Below are positions 18,265 through 27,067 of a stretch of 64,000 nucleotides of DNA, piece after piece. Below the pieces are notes generated by a model, which saw only the letters and a program-made list of their open reading frames with translations, was not told where the DNA came from and ran no database searches. The stretch covers positions 1 through 64,000 of IMG/VR virus record IMGVR_UViG_3300037882_001492. One strand, 5' to 3'. Each line of letters opens with the position of its first letter. The first letter of the stretch is position 1. The DNA is from a virus. Position numbers and translations under genes: made by a program.

Positions 18265-18622
18265 GTTTCTTTACTGCTTCACGATAGATTTTAAAAATCT
18301 CTTTTACTGGCACTTTGTTCTCAAGGTATGATATATAATTTAAATTAAGTTCTCTAAAAGCATCGTCAAGATAATAGAATGCACTCAAATAATCATTTCC
18401 AATAGAGCCGAAACTAATACCGTCGTTTTCAACTTCACAAAGTTCTCTCGTCTTAATTCGCTTTCCTTGTTTCTTCGCACGGAAGTTTGCAAGAGCGGCA
18501 GCAGGTCAGTATTTGACCTTCTTTTGTTTCGGATATCGGATAGCCCAACCGTTCGAACTTGAAAGCGTGGAATGAGTCTCGATATACGAGATTTCTTCTT
18601 CTGCTAGTTTGTATTTAAACAT
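18239..18622 (-). pseudogene. Gene interrupted by in-frame TGA (or readthrough)
   Basis: ATG 18622 MFKYKLAEEE...KKVKY, TGA at 18506-18508, then 88 more open codons PAAALANFRAK...SITDR filling an otherwise empty gap. Confidence 0.55.
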
Positions 18623-18857
18623 TTTCTGTAATGAATTCAATTTTGCAATAGTTTCGTTCTTGACGAAAAAATAACCAATCTTTACCTCTGAGTGGAGACG
18701 GTAAACCATCACCGTGTTCACACTCCCTTTCCCATTGATAAAGGGCTGCACAATCAGCACATAAGGGACTTACATTATCGAGAATAGCAACAGCCTTTCG
18801 GTTTGCATATTCTTCCATCCCGGAATCAACACACCAAAAACAAAGAATATTATTCAT
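18615..18857 (-). CDS. Small protein with two CxxC pairs
   Basis: CFWC, CADC. Confidence 0.6.
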   Translation of the reverse strand: MNNILCFWCVDSGMEEYANRKAVAILDNVSPLCADCAALYQWERECEHGDGLPSPLRGKDWLFFRQERNYCKIEFITENV

Positions 18858-18858
18858 T

Positions 18859-19176
18859 TTACATCACACTCATAGTAGAGTGTTTAACAACCGTGTTATC
18901 ATTATCAATCCAATAGATTGCTTTTTTATCAAAATCCAAAGTAATCACCCCATCAATTGCATGTTCCAAGAACAAGCATTCTGTAATAAATCTGCTATAG
19001 TAAAATCCTGTCACAAGATCGAAACTGAATTTCAATCCAGATTCATACATTTCATCCGCAATGTTTACCAAATCTTCTTTAGTAAGAAGATGAGTTTCCG
19101 TATCCATATATGGTGCTTCGCAATTCATTAGAATTTTTCGTGCTTTCCAACACATCGGTACTTCTCTAAGTTTCAT
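18859..19176 (-). CDS. Hypothetical protein
   Basis: 105 aa in operon. Confidence 0.65.
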   Translation of the reverse strand: MKLREVPMCWKARKILMNCEAPYMDTETHLLTKEDLVNIADEMYESGLKFSFDLVTGFYYSRFITECLFLEHAIDGVITLDFDKKAIYWIDNDNTVVKHSTMSVM

Positions 19177-19786
19177 AATAAATGTCCTGTAATTTGTTTT
19201 TGATTGAAGTTATTAGTTTGTTTACTTCGTATGAAGTGGTATTTAATTCTTTAGCGATTTTAGTAACATGAACCTTATTGTTAGGTTTGAAAAAGCCTAG
19301 ATCACCTAACACTAATTCGATTAATTGCTGTTCCTTTGGATCAAATTCAATTCCATTAAGGAATGAATCCTTTGGAATGAATTGTAATTTATCGTTAATC
19401 CACTCAGGATAATCAACTGTAAAAATTTCCTCAGTTTCTTTATTTTTACTTTTAATAGAAAGTCTAGAATCTCGCGGCACCAAAACTCCACCGACTGTTT
19501 CAGAACTTTTTCTGATTCTCATGCCGATGGTATTCTTAGAATTCCAAATGATAGTTTTGGCATACCGATGAAATCCAGGTTCTTCCCAAACAATATCGAA
19601 AGTAGTGTTTTCAATTTCACAAAATCTAACGATACCTTTCAAAAGCATTGCTTTCAATTCTTGGATAGAATCCTCTAATCCATAGCAATACTTATCAAAG
19701 TAAATCCTAGAAGCGGCGAAAGTGATTAGTTTTCCATACTTTTCTTGAACCTTATTCCATTGTTCGTCTGTAAGACTCTTACTCAT
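19166..19786 (-). CDS. Sigma-factor-like protein
   Basis: Region-2-like YGKLI...EDSIQE...F..YA...IWN and C-terminal HTH (KIAKELNTTSYEV); likely ATG 19786. Confidence 0.6.
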   Translation of the reverse strand: MSKSLTDEQWNKVQEKYGKLITFAASRIYFDKYCYGLEDSIQELKAMLLKGIVRFCEIENTTFDIVWEEPGFHRYAKTIIWNSKNTIGMRIRKSSETVGGVLVPRDSRLSIKSKNKETEEIFTVDYPEWINDKLQFIPKDSFLNGIEFDPKEQQLIELVLGDLGFFKPNNKVHVTKIAKELNTTSYEVNKLITSIKNKLQDIYYET

Positions 19787-19842
19787 ACAGGCATCTATTC
19801 TACCATAAACGGGCCGGAATGTCAATCATTTTTAAAAACTTG

Positions 19843-20547
19843 TTAGAAGTTTTCAATTAAAGCTTTCATTGAAACCGGGAATGCGTATTCAGCCAGCGCC
19901 GCAATCTTTTTGGCAAACAATTGAATTTCATATTGTGCTGTTTTATCAGTTCGAAGTTTTATGAAGTGAGCAACGGCTTGTAGTGATGCTGTCCAAATAA
20001 CTTGTGTTCTGAAATTTAGCGGTAGAACTATTCTAGCCTGTTCCTTAGCAACTCCTTCTGCAATCAAATCATTGTATAACGATAGGGCTTCTTTGCATTG
20101 CTTTTGAACCTCTAACATGATATCACAATGATCCAATTCTTGAGATTCTTCGCTGACCTGTTTGTTTTCCTTGCTTTGTTTTCTATAATGCGAAGGAATG
20201 TAAAAGCTATCAATGCTTACATGCTTGCTAGTGTATCGTCCAGAGATTTCATTCCATCCGATATTAGACTCGTCCCCAAGCCCCCAATTACTGCCAATAA
20301 TATGTTTCCACCATTGAAATTTGATAAACATCGGCATATCAATTCGGAACTGCATAAAGCAATGACGGAAAGGTGAATAGTGTTTGTTCTTTGCCAAGAA
20401 GCTAATCAAGGTAGTACCTTTATCGTCCAACTCATCAGCATCATTACCGTATGAAACTTTCGCAGCACGAACAACATCTAAATCACTACCATAAACTTTC
20501 AATAGATCAATTGAACCTAAAGAACCCATATATACGCCTTCAATCAT
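19843..20547 (-). CDS. thyX: FAD-dependent thymidylate synthase
   Basis: VVRAAKVSY, HYSPFRH, WNEISGRY, GVAKEQARIVLP, HFIKLR...AQYEI. Confidence 0.95.
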   Translation of the reverse strand: MIEGVYMGSLGSIDLLKVYGSDLDVVRAAKVSYGNDADELDDKGTTLISFLAKNKHYSPFRHCFMQFRIDMPMFIKFQWWKHIIGSNWGLGDESNIGWNEISGRYTSKHVSIDSFYIPSHYRKQSKENKQVSEESQELDHCDIMLEVQKQCKEALSLYNDLIAEGVAKEQARIVLPLNFRTQVIWTASLQAVAHFIKLRTDKTAQYEIQLFAKKIAALAEYAFPVSMKALIENF

Positions 20548-20624
20548 TTTATATCATCCAGGCTTTCGGCCATTACTTGTATAAGAAGTAAAATAAAAAT
20601 AAAACACCAAAGAATTTTTAACAT

Positions 20625-21251
20625 TTATTTAACGAAATCCTTTAGAGCGTTTAACTTAGTGTGTAACTCTCTAAGATCGTGAAATACCGCACCAAAAATG
20701 TTCTTCTGTGATTCGGCATCATAGAATGCCATATGACGAATAGTGGGCTTGTAAAACTTCTTCATCGTGCTATAGAGTTTTCTATTGAAATCAATAGATC
20801 CAGTAGAAACCAATTCAAATGCAGCAAAAAAAGAATACAAATCAATCCATTCTCGTTTAGGAAATGGATTAATGTCTCCAAACCACTTAATCAAATAAGC
20901 ATTCTCATAAGCAGTAGGTTGAGCAACAAAAATCAAATGAAATTTTTGACGAAGATCATTAAGATAAGATGAAATTTGTTCTGCCATCTTTTCTTTTGAA
21001 ACTCCTAACTCGTTAACAAGTTTCATGTTTTCTTCATATGCTTTGGTGTTTTGTTGCCACCATTTTAAAGTATCGTCACTCCACCAAGCACCTAAAAGGT
21101 CACAGAAAAACTCCTTATCATATGCAGTTCCACCATCAACAGTAAGAACAGAGCATCCAATCGAAATAATTGAATGCTTTAGATCAGGATTAGGTCCAGT
21201 TGCTTCAATATCAACTGAAACAAATGCAATAGGTTTAGGAGTCGGTTTCAT
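20625..21251 (-). CDS. DEDDh 3'-5' exonuclease (RNase T/RNase AS-like)
   Basis: VSVDIEATGP, HMAFYDA. Confidence 0.8.
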   Translation of the reverse strand: MKPTPKPIAFVSVDIEATGPNPDLKHSIISIGCSVLTVDGGTAYDKEFFCDLLGAWWSDDTLKWWQQNTKAYEENMKLVNELGVSKEKMAEQISSYLNDLRQKFHLIFVAQPTAYENAYLIKWFGDINPFPKREWIDLYSFFAAFELVSTGSIDFNRKLYSTMKKFYKPTIRHMAFYDAESQKNIFGAVFHDLRELHTKLNALKDFVK

Positions 21252-21411
21252 TATAGTCCATCAATCTTAGACAGTCGAATCAATGCATTCAATGAGAAAT
21301 AAGTAGAAATAAATCCGAGAGATACAATCCAAATAATTGTATCAACAAGGCCACACAATCCTACGATTGTGTTAACGAAATATAATTTGATATGTGTTTT
21401 TCATTTGTTTT

Positions 21412-21981
21412 CTAATCACAGTTTTGCCAAGTCATTATTCCTTGGAATTTTTTATCATCAAAAGTTCCTTTCAATGGAACAAACGATTCATAGGCTTTTG
21501 CTTTAAAATCTCTAACGATATTATACCTTTTATTTGGAAGTTTGTTACCGGCTTTATCCCAATTGTTCTTATGATTAAACCATTCAGTTAACATTTCAAG
21601 ATAGTCGTTTATCTCCCCTGCAATAAATTCATATTCGCTAATTGCGCGGGAGGAATCATAAAACTCACTCTGTCTTGCTCTCGGATGGTAAACATCATAC
21701 CAAAACTTAGGATTAAACAAGATAGATTTGAACCGATAATTAAAAGACGGGATTGGGACATAGAATCCTTTAATTTTAAATTGAGAACAACTAACACCAT
21801 TCCCTTGAATTTTATATGTCAGTCCATTCTTATTTGCAATTACAATTCCAGGTATCGCACCGTCCAACCTAAACGGTTCATAGGCTTCAATAGGAGGACA
21901 ATCCCCCTCATCCAATACAAAATTTGTATTGTTAATTAAAGGAATTGCTTCTGCCTTATCTGAGTCTTTCTTTCTAATCAT
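21412..21981 (-). CDS. DUF6210-like protein
   Basis: GIVI...G.TY..Q.NG..C...KGFYVP; C-terminal G.MTWQNCD. Confidence 0.5.
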   Translation of the reverse strand: MIRKKDSDKAEAIPLINNTNFVLDEGDCPPIEAYEPFRLDGAIPGIVIANKNGLTYKIQGNGVSCSQFKIKGFYVPIPSFNYRFKSILFNPKFWYDVYHPRARQSEFYDSSRAISEYEFIAGEINDYLEMLTEWFNHKNNWDKAGNKLPNKRYNIVRDFKAKAYESFVPLKGTFDDKKFQGIMTWQNCD

Positions 21982-22287
21982 TTATTTCCCTTTAAAGCAG
22001 CAACCACAACATCCATGAACTCCCATCCAATCTTTTCCAATGCGAACAAAATAAGCAAGGGAATCAGGATCAGGGTGACCGACTCCATGTTCGGGACAAA
22101 TCCTTTCTACAAGGTAATACTTATCATCCCGAACATGAAGTTTCCAATCTATCATATGATGATTGGAAGGATTATGAAAGGGGCAATATTGTCCCTCGCA
22201 AGCTTTTTCACTATGGATCTTTAAGCCTTTAGGAATTTTAACCTTTTTAGATTGTGATTTCGGCTTTGCTTTGTTTGTTTTTGCCAT
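21982..22287 (-). CDS. Cys/His-rich metal-binding phage protein
   Basis: C.GQYCPFHNPS.HHM, ERIC.HGVGHPDPD, HGCCGCC. Confidence 0.75.
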   Translation of the reverse strand: MAKTNKAKPKSQSKKVKIPKGLKIHSEKACEGQYCPFHNPSNHHMIDWKLHVRDDKYYLVERICPEHGVGHPDPDSLAYFVRIGKDWMGVHGCCGCCFKGK

Positions 22288-22633
22288 TATTTCGTTGTGC
22301 AAAACGCACACATTGTTTAAGATAATAAAGATTCAATGAAATAGTTTTTCGAAGTTCTTTATTTTCTTTCTTTTGACGAGCGTATTCAGCATAAAGCATT
22401 GTTCTGCCGTAATGGGCAGGATTATCATAATCAGCACGATAGGTATTAGTCAAGAATCGTGAAAAAGTTTTCATAGAAACAAGATTTCGCCAAGCTTCTT
22501 GCAACTCTCTTTTCTGCTCAACAATTTTTTTGGTCAGCAATAGAATAGGAACGGCCTGAGCCGTAACTTCTGCATCCTTAAGCAATCTATGGCGAAGAAT
22601 TCGCCGCTCTTTTAAAATATTATCAATGTTCAT
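22247..22633 (-). CDS. Basic hypothetical protein
   Basis: 128 aa, TATAAT upstream. Confidence 0.6.
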   Translation of the reverse strand: MNIDNILKERRILRHRLLKDAEVTAQAVPILLLTKKIVEQKRELQEAWRNLVSMKTFSRFLTNTYRADYDNPAHYGRTMLYAEYARQKKENKELRKTISLNLYYLKQCVRFAQRNNGKNKQSKAEITI

Positions 22634-22660
22634 TGTATTGTTCTCTTTTTTATTATAGAA

Positions 22661-23116
22661 TTATTCTTCGATTTGTGTAAGGCATTTCAACGCCTTGATG
22701 TATTTTTTGTATAATCTTTGTTGCACAGATTCATCCGGCAACGCAGGGATTGTTGAAAGATTATGAGCAATATCAGCAATCTTAACTGCTAACGCTCGTT
22801 TTGATTTCTTAAGCCTCTCATAATAGATTTCTCTAGGTTCGTCTCTATTATGGGTTAGCAAGATCACATCAGATACGATATCCGCAGGAATTCCATTCTT
22901 TAACAGGTCAGATGCCGTGCAATCCGTATCCTCTAAAATATCATGCAGTATGGCTACGGTAGCTGTTTCGTACCCATAAGCACGACACGAATTAGCCACT
23001 TCGCATAAATGCGATTCGAAATAATCCTCTCCTGTCATTCGGGTTTGGCCTTTATGATACTTTGCTGCAATCATAATTGCCTTATCATAAAGTGCATAAT
23101 AGTCGGTGTATTTCAT
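22661..23116 (-). CDS. HD-domain RelA/SpoT-type small alarmone hydrolase homolog
   Basis: AAKYH.GQTR..GE.Y..H, AILHDILEDT, VKIADIAHN. Confidence 0.85.
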   Translation of the reverse strand: MKYTDYYALYDKAIMIAAKYHKGQTRMTGEDYFESHLCEVANSCRAYGYETATVAILHDILEDTDCTASDLLKNGIPADIVSDVILLTHNRDEPREIYYERLKKSKRALAVKIADIAHNLSTIPALPDESVQQRLYKKYIKALKCLTQIEE

Positions 23117-23117
23117 G

Positions 23118-23546
23118 TTATTTAAAATTCAATTTCATAATAGTTTCAAGTTTCTTTTCTTCTGTCAATCCGTGTTCAAAAGAAGTATGAACAAAATTAC
23201 CTTCTGGAATTACATCAACAATATCAAAAGCATCATCATCAATTACAACATAATGCTCTACGAAATCATTTTCTTTAAGCCAAAGTTTAATTTGTTCTCC
23301 CCTTCCTTGACCGTCAATAGGGGTTTTATCAATTACCTTTTGCCCACAAAATCTTTGTAATTCAGGTATAGTATGAGATTGTCTCCAAGCACTAGAAACT
23401 ACGATTTGTGCGCCTGTTGCTTGAACAATCTCATTCAATCGAAATCTAAAGATGGGATTAATTACATCCCGAACTTTACCTAAAGTTCCAAGAAAATCAT
23501 CCTTGCAATTAAGCACCCCATCAAAATCTAGAAATAAGATTTTCAT
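23118..23546 (-). CDS. HAD phosphatase (Swiss-Army-Knife RNA-repair HAD type)
   Basis: FLDFDGVLN, IVVSSAWR, RGEQI..WL, YVVIDD. Confidence 0.85.
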   Translation of the reverse strand: MKILFLDFDGVLNCKDDFLGTLGKVRDVINPIFRFRLNEIVQATGAQIVVSSAWRQSHTIPELQRFCGQKVIDKTPIDGQGRGEQIKLWLKENDFVEHYVVIDDDAFDIVDVIPEGNFVHTSFEHGLTEEKKLETIMKLNFK

Positions 23547-23776
23547 TTAATTCCTTTTTCGTTATATTCAACTAAAGTGTAATCCCCACTTACAATAATC
23601 TTCTTATCCACATACTTAGCGGAAATAAAATTAGGCTCACAGAATGGCAGAGTTACAATAAAATCGTCAGTAGGAGTGATTAACAACCATTTTTTGTCAA
23701 GAACCGGATGCGGAGTTGGATTAGTTTCAGGCGAACAACCTAAAATCAAAATGCAAAATAGTAGAATAGTTTTCAT
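23543..23776 (-). CDS. Putative lipoprotein
   Basis: MKTILLFCILILGC lipobox-like. Confidence 0.55.
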   Translation of the reverse strand: MKTILLFCILILGCSPETNPTPHPVLDKKWLLITPTDDFIVTLPFCEPNFISAKYVDKKIIVSGDYTLVEYNEKGIK

Positions 23777-23801
23777 TTGTTTTTTCCCCAATTATGTTAT
23801 T

Positions 23802-23878
23802 TGGCATCGTCGGAAGGACTTGAACCTTCAAATCTTCTGCTTAGAAGGCAGATGCATTATCCATTTTGCTACGACGAT
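23802..23878 (-). tRNA. tRNA-Arg(TCT)
   Basis: Cloverleaf, loop CT-TCT-AA, TTCAAGT T-loop, encoded CCA. Confidence 0.92.
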
Positions 23879-23886
23879 ATTTGTTT

Positions 23887-23963
23887 TGGTACTCCGTGCC
23901 GAAATCGAATCGAGCATCACCGGATTGAAAGTCCAGTATTCTAACCATTTAAACTAACGGAGC
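23887..23963 (-). tRNA. tRNA-Glu(TTC)
   Basis: Loop CT-TTC-AA, CCA; imperfect T stem. Confidence 0.85.
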
Positions 23964-23971
23964 GATTAGTT

Positions 23972-24047
23972 TGGCGGATTTTCTTGGAATCGAACCAAGT
24001 CATTTACGGTTTAACAAACCGTCGCATTCCCACTTTGCTAAAAACCC
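23972..24047 (-). tRNA. tRNA-Asn(GTT)
   Basis: ACGGT-TT-GTT-AA-ACCGT, CCA. Confidence 0.9.
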
Positions 24048-24057
24048 TGTAAACTAA

Positions 24058-24477
24058 TTAACCAAGAGGACGGTAAATTGGAATAATACTTTCTGCTGAA
24101 AAAAAAGTCATTGTTTTCTTTCCTTTAATGTGTTGGTTGTAATAACGACCAATACTATCTGCATTTGCAAAATCTCGCATTTCTTTTTCAGTCAAAGACA
24201 TTGCATAGCTTTTGTCACCAAGTTTAATTACTGTGTAACCATAAATAGAAACTAACAGTTCTTGAATTACAGAGGAGTTAACATTAATTTTCATGTACGC
24301 ACCACAATGATCATAAGATTTTTTTTGCGAAATACTCAATGCATCATAATGTTGATCGTAACGAGTTAAAGCCTGTTTAACTGGTTTAATTTTTACAATC
24401 TGATTTACAGATAGTTTAGCGAATTCCTCTCTAATAATAGAGCGGAGATAAGTTTCAAATTCTTGAATGTTTTTCAT
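24058..24477 (-). CDS. Protein with C-terminal KTSC-like domain
   Basis: VNSSVI...F.NADSIGRYYNQHIKGK. Confidence 0.6.
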   Translation of the reverse strand: MKNIQEFETYLRSIIREEFAKLSVNQIVKIKPVKQALTRYDQHYDALSISQKKSYDHCGAYMKINVNSSVIQELLVSIYGYTVIKLGDKSYAMSLTEKEMRDFANADSIGRYYNQHIKGKKTMTFFSAESIIPIYRPLG

Positions 24478-24508
24478 TTTGTTATTTATTTTGTTATTTA
24501 TTTTTATT

Positions 24509-24584
24509 TGGTAGTGCCGAAAGGAATTGAACCTTTGTCAGCGACTTATAAGATCGCGGCCTTAAACCATTAGACGACGGCACA
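24509..24584 (-). tRNA. tRNA-Ile(TAT)
   Basis: GCGAT-CT-TAT-AA-GTCGC, CCA; 1:72 is U-U. Confidence 0.85.
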
Positions 24585-24611
24585 GAACACTAGGTTTATT
24601 GTCTCCTATGT

Positions 24612-24640
24612 ATTATACTGCATTATTGAGCATTGTACAA
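24612..24640 (-). promoter_or_regulatory. sigma70-type promoter for distal tRNAs
   Basis: TTGTAC-17-TATAAT. Confidence 0.7.
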
Positions 24641-24701
24641 CATTAACAATAACTTAGCAAAAGATGGTTAACCTTTTGTACCTAGTATTTTTGCACATGG
24701 G

Positions 24702-24986
24702 TCAGACACTAACCCATTTCTTAACCATAACTTCCTTCAATTCTACTTCATCAAGATCAATTGTTTCCTTCTTATATCCCATGATGGAATTAATAGTATC
24801 GTTGGTACTCATATCTTGATGTTCTGTACTTCTTTTAGTCAAACCAATCATGTAATGTTTTCCTTCAAACAAAAACACACAATCAAAAATAGTAGTCCAT
24901 CTATCTTGACCTATAATTTCTTTATGTACGAAATTATAATCGTCATAAATTTGTTCAATTTCTTCTCTAGTGAATGTTCTTTTCAT
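24702..24986 (-). CDS. Hypothetical phage protein
   Basis: RWTT, STEHQD, V..KKW; leaderless after TTGTAA-17-TAAAAT (24993-25021). Confidence 0.75.
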   Translation of the reverse strand: MKRTFTREEIEQIYDDYNFVHKEIIGQDRWTTIFDCVFLFEGKHYMIGLTKRSTEHQDMSTNDTINSIMGYKKETIDLDEVELKEVMVKKWVSV

Positions 24987-25041
24987 TGTATTATTTTACC
25001 ATCCTGAATGCTCACTTACAACATATAGCCTTTAATTGATT

Positions 25042-25116
25042 TGGAGCCTCTTTAGGGACTTGCGCCCTACTGTCAAGTTTACAAAACTTGTCCTTCGCTG
25101 TCTAAGGTTAAGAGGC
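25042..25116 (-). tRNA. tRNA-Thr(TGT), atypical D/T loops
   Basis: CAAGT-TT-TGT-AA-ACTTG, CCA; T-loop CGCAAGT. Confidence 0.8.
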
Positions 25117-25128
25117 ATTAATTTTTTA

Positions 25129-25202
25129 TGGCAAGCAGAAAAGGATTCGAACCTTTACAGATAATTTTGGAGATTATCATGCTACCGTTACATCATCTAC
25201 TT
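25129..25202 (-). tRNA. tRNA-Trp(CCA)
   Basis: ATAAT-CT-CCA-AA-ATTAT, CCA. Confidence 0.9.
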
Positions 25203-25391
25203 ACTATTGATTTGATCTTGATTTTCCTCAAGATAAGGATGAATCTCTAAAGGTCCATCGTCGCACCAACCACAAACACACTCACCATCATGCCCTTTAT
25301 CTAAGTAGCAATTATGTTCAAGTGTGCAATCTTCCGCGTAAACAGTATTCCATGTTTTACAACAGAATTCTTTGGTTGATTTCAGTTTCAT
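25197..25391 (-). CDS. Small Cys/His-rich protein
   Basis: H.C.L..GH.G.C.C. Confidence 0.55.
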   Translation of the reverse strand: MKLKSTKEFCCKTWNTVYAEDCTLEHNCYLDKGHDGECVCGWCDDGPLEIHPYLEENQDQINSK

Positions 25392-25408
25392 GTTTTTTAT
25401 TTGAAAAA

Positions 25409-25535
25409 ATAGTTGTTTAAAGTGATTAGCAAAATCTATAATTTAAAACTACATAGTTTGATTGTGAGAAAGCGGAGCGACCGTATCAACAACAGGGACT
25501 TGTAGGTGAATTATATTTTAACTTTAAACAACTAT
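25409..25535 (-). ncRNA. Unassigned rod-like structured RNA in the tRNA array
   Basis: 15-bp terminal inverted repeat ATAGTTGTTTAAAGT/ACTTTAAACAACTAT plus nested internal helices. Confidence 0.55.
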
Positions 25536-25546
25536 CTCTAGATTTG

Positions 25547-25619
25547 TGGGACCAGAAGGACTTGAACCTACAACTTAAGGATTAAAAATCCTCCACTCTA
25601 CCAATTGAGTTATGATCCC
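25547..25619 (-). tRNA. tRNA-Lys(TTT)
   Basis: GAGGA-TT-TTT-AA-TCCTT; no full CCA. Confidence 0.9.
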
Positions 25620-25626
25620 GTTGATT

Positions 25627-25701
25627 TGGAGTTTGTGGTGGGACTTGAACCCACAAAGTTAACTTGGAAGGATAACATGTTACCAATTACATCACACAAA
25701 C
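25627..25701 (-). tRNA. tRNA-Gly(TCC)
   Basis: Loop CT-TCC-AA, U73, CCA. Confidence 0.88.
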
Positions 25702-25711
25702 TTTATTGTTT

Positions 25712-25785
25712 TGGTAGAGAGATTAGAATTCGAATCTAAAATAAAAGCATATGAAACTTCTGTGTTGCCGTTACACTATCTCTCT
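25712..25785 (-). tRNA. tRNA-Met/Ile2(CAT)
   Basis: Loop TT-CAT-AT, CCA; lacks initiator GGG/CCC stem. Confidence 0.85.
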
Positions 25786-25795
25786 GTTTGATTTA

Positions 25796-25881
25796 TGATG
25801 GAAACAGGACTTGCACCTGTACGCCTTTTTATAGACAGTAGGGTCTAAACCTACTACGGCTGCTAATTTCGTCATTCCATC
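25796..25881 (-). tRNA. tRNA-Leu(TAG)
   Basis: GTAGG-TT-TAG-AC-CCTAC, long variable arm. Confidence 0.85.
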
Positions 25882-25886
25882 GTTAA

Positions 25887-25968
25887 TACTAGTGGCGAGA
25901 CTCGCACTCGCAATCCCTTACGGGCATATCGTTTTAAGCGATACATGTATGCATTCCATCACACTAGC
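25887..25968 (-). tRNA. tRNA-Leu(TAA)
   Basis: TATCG-CT-TAA-AA-CGATA, long variable arm. Confidence 0.88.
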
Positions 25969-25969
25969 G

Positions 25970-26404
25970 TTAATTTTCTTTTTTAACCCGTGATCTAAAA
26001 TGATTCCCTTCTCTAGAAGTTTTTCTTCGGTGGCAATTAGCGCAACGAATTTCACACTTAGAAATTTCCTCTAGTATGATTTCTATTGGGCGACAATCTC
26101 GAACCCCTTGGCTTACACAAAATTCTTTTTTCTTAGGGTTTATGTGGTCGAAGTCTAACACTATAGGATCAGACTCCCCGCAATCTACACATGATTTTTT
26201 CAAAAGCAACTCTAAAACTAAATTTTGACGAATCTTGTGTCGCTCATCTTTGGCGGCTTTATATTTGCTTTTACGATGTTTGTAATGCTTTCTAGTTAAT
26301 TTATTTTGGCATTCTTTACATCGCGGTTGTCTTTTTACATCTTTGATAGCCCACGAAAATAAACTTTCTTCTTTCTCGATCTTACAATAATTACATTTCT
26401 TCAT
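25970..26404 (-). CDS. HNH endonuclease inserted in the tRNA array
   Basis: MKKCNYC..CKEC, CVDCG...LDFDH...CANCHRRKT; real start ATG 26404 (the longer ORF overlaps tRNA-Ile). Confidence 0.88.
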   Translation of the reverse strand: MKKCNYCKIEKEESLFSWAIKDVKRQPRCKECQNKLTRKHYKHRKSKYKAAKDERHKIRQNLVLELLLKKSCVDCGESDPIVLDFDHINPKKKEFCVSQGVRDCRPIEIILEEISKCEIRCANCHRRKTSREGNHFRSRVKKEN

Positions 26405-26443
26405 GCAATTATATAGGTTCGAACCAAGAAAAAAGTCGAACAG

Positions 26444-26517
26444 TAGCAGGAGAAGGAATTGAACCTTCAACATTTCGCGTATCAGACGAAAACTCTAAGC
26501 CATTGAGTTACCCTGCT
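26444..26517 (-). tRNA. tRNA-Ile(GAT)
   Basis: TTCGT-CT-GAT-AC-GCGAA. Confidence 0.9.
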
Positions 26518-26525
26518 ATTGATTT

Positions 26526-26611
26526 CGGAAAGTTGAAGATTCGAACTCCCGGCTGTTACACCGTCAAACTTGTTTTCAAGACAAGATGCCGACCAATCAG
26601 CGAAACTTTCC
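26526..26611 (-). tRNA. tRNA-Ser(TGA)
   Basis: CTTGT-CT-TGA-AA-ACAAG, long variable arm, G73. Confidence 0.85.
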
Positions 26612-26624
26612 AAAATGAATTAAA

Positions 26625-26713
26625 GAATTGTTGTTAGGGTTCTCATTTTGATGATGGATTTACACTTATTCTCGCAAGAACAAAATACCGATCTTGAGAA
26701 ATAACAACAATTC
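26625..26713 (-). ncRNA. Unassigned structured RNA
   Basis: 12-bp terminal IR GAATTGTTGTTA/TAACAACAATTC plus TTCTCA/TGAGAA. Confidence 0.5.
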
Positions 26714-26718
26714 GATCT

Positions 26719-26790
26719 TGGAGACGCAGAGAATCGAACTCTGAATTTCACTTTGCAAAAGTGATGTGTTGCCATTAGCACTACACCCCC
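26719..26790 (-). tRNA. tRNA-Ala(TGC)
   Basis: TCACT-TT-TGC-AA-AGTGA, G3:U70 pair. Confidence 0.9.
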
Positions 26791-26796
26791 AAAAAG

Positions 26797-26870
26797 TCTA
26801 GGTTTTGATTCGATCAATGATTACTATTCTCGACCAATCAATACTATGGAATTGTTAGACAAAACCTAGA
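26797..26870 (-). ncRNA. Unassigned structured RNA
   Basis: 11-bp terminal IR TCTAGGTTTTG/CAAAACCTAGA. Confidence 0.45.
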
Positions 26871-26881
26871 AAAACACTAAC

Positions 26882-27000
26882 GGAGAGAAAACCCTTCCAT
26901 CGGATCGAAGTAATCTTATTCAGACGGTTGCTTTTACTTACTTAGAGCCTTTGATCTAAAGCCGTGGAAGCGGAAACAATAAAGTTTTTTATTTTCTCCC
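26882..27000 (-). ncRNA. Unassigned multibranch RNA (~119 nt)
   Basis: Helices GGGAGAAAA/TTTTCTCTC, CTTCCA/TGGAAG, CGG/CCG, CTTT/AAAG, AAGTAA/TTACTT. Confidence 0.5.
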
Positions 27001-27067
27001 AAATAAAGAACTAGGAACGGATACTTTCAGTTTGGTATCTCTCTAATGTTCCTTCATCGTGCCGACT

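Noticed and set aside
26882-27000. tmRNA, 5S rRNA or hammerhead ribozyme
   Set aside because: No tmRNA ends or tag ORF, no 5S conserved loops, no CUGANGA/GAAA core; left unassigned
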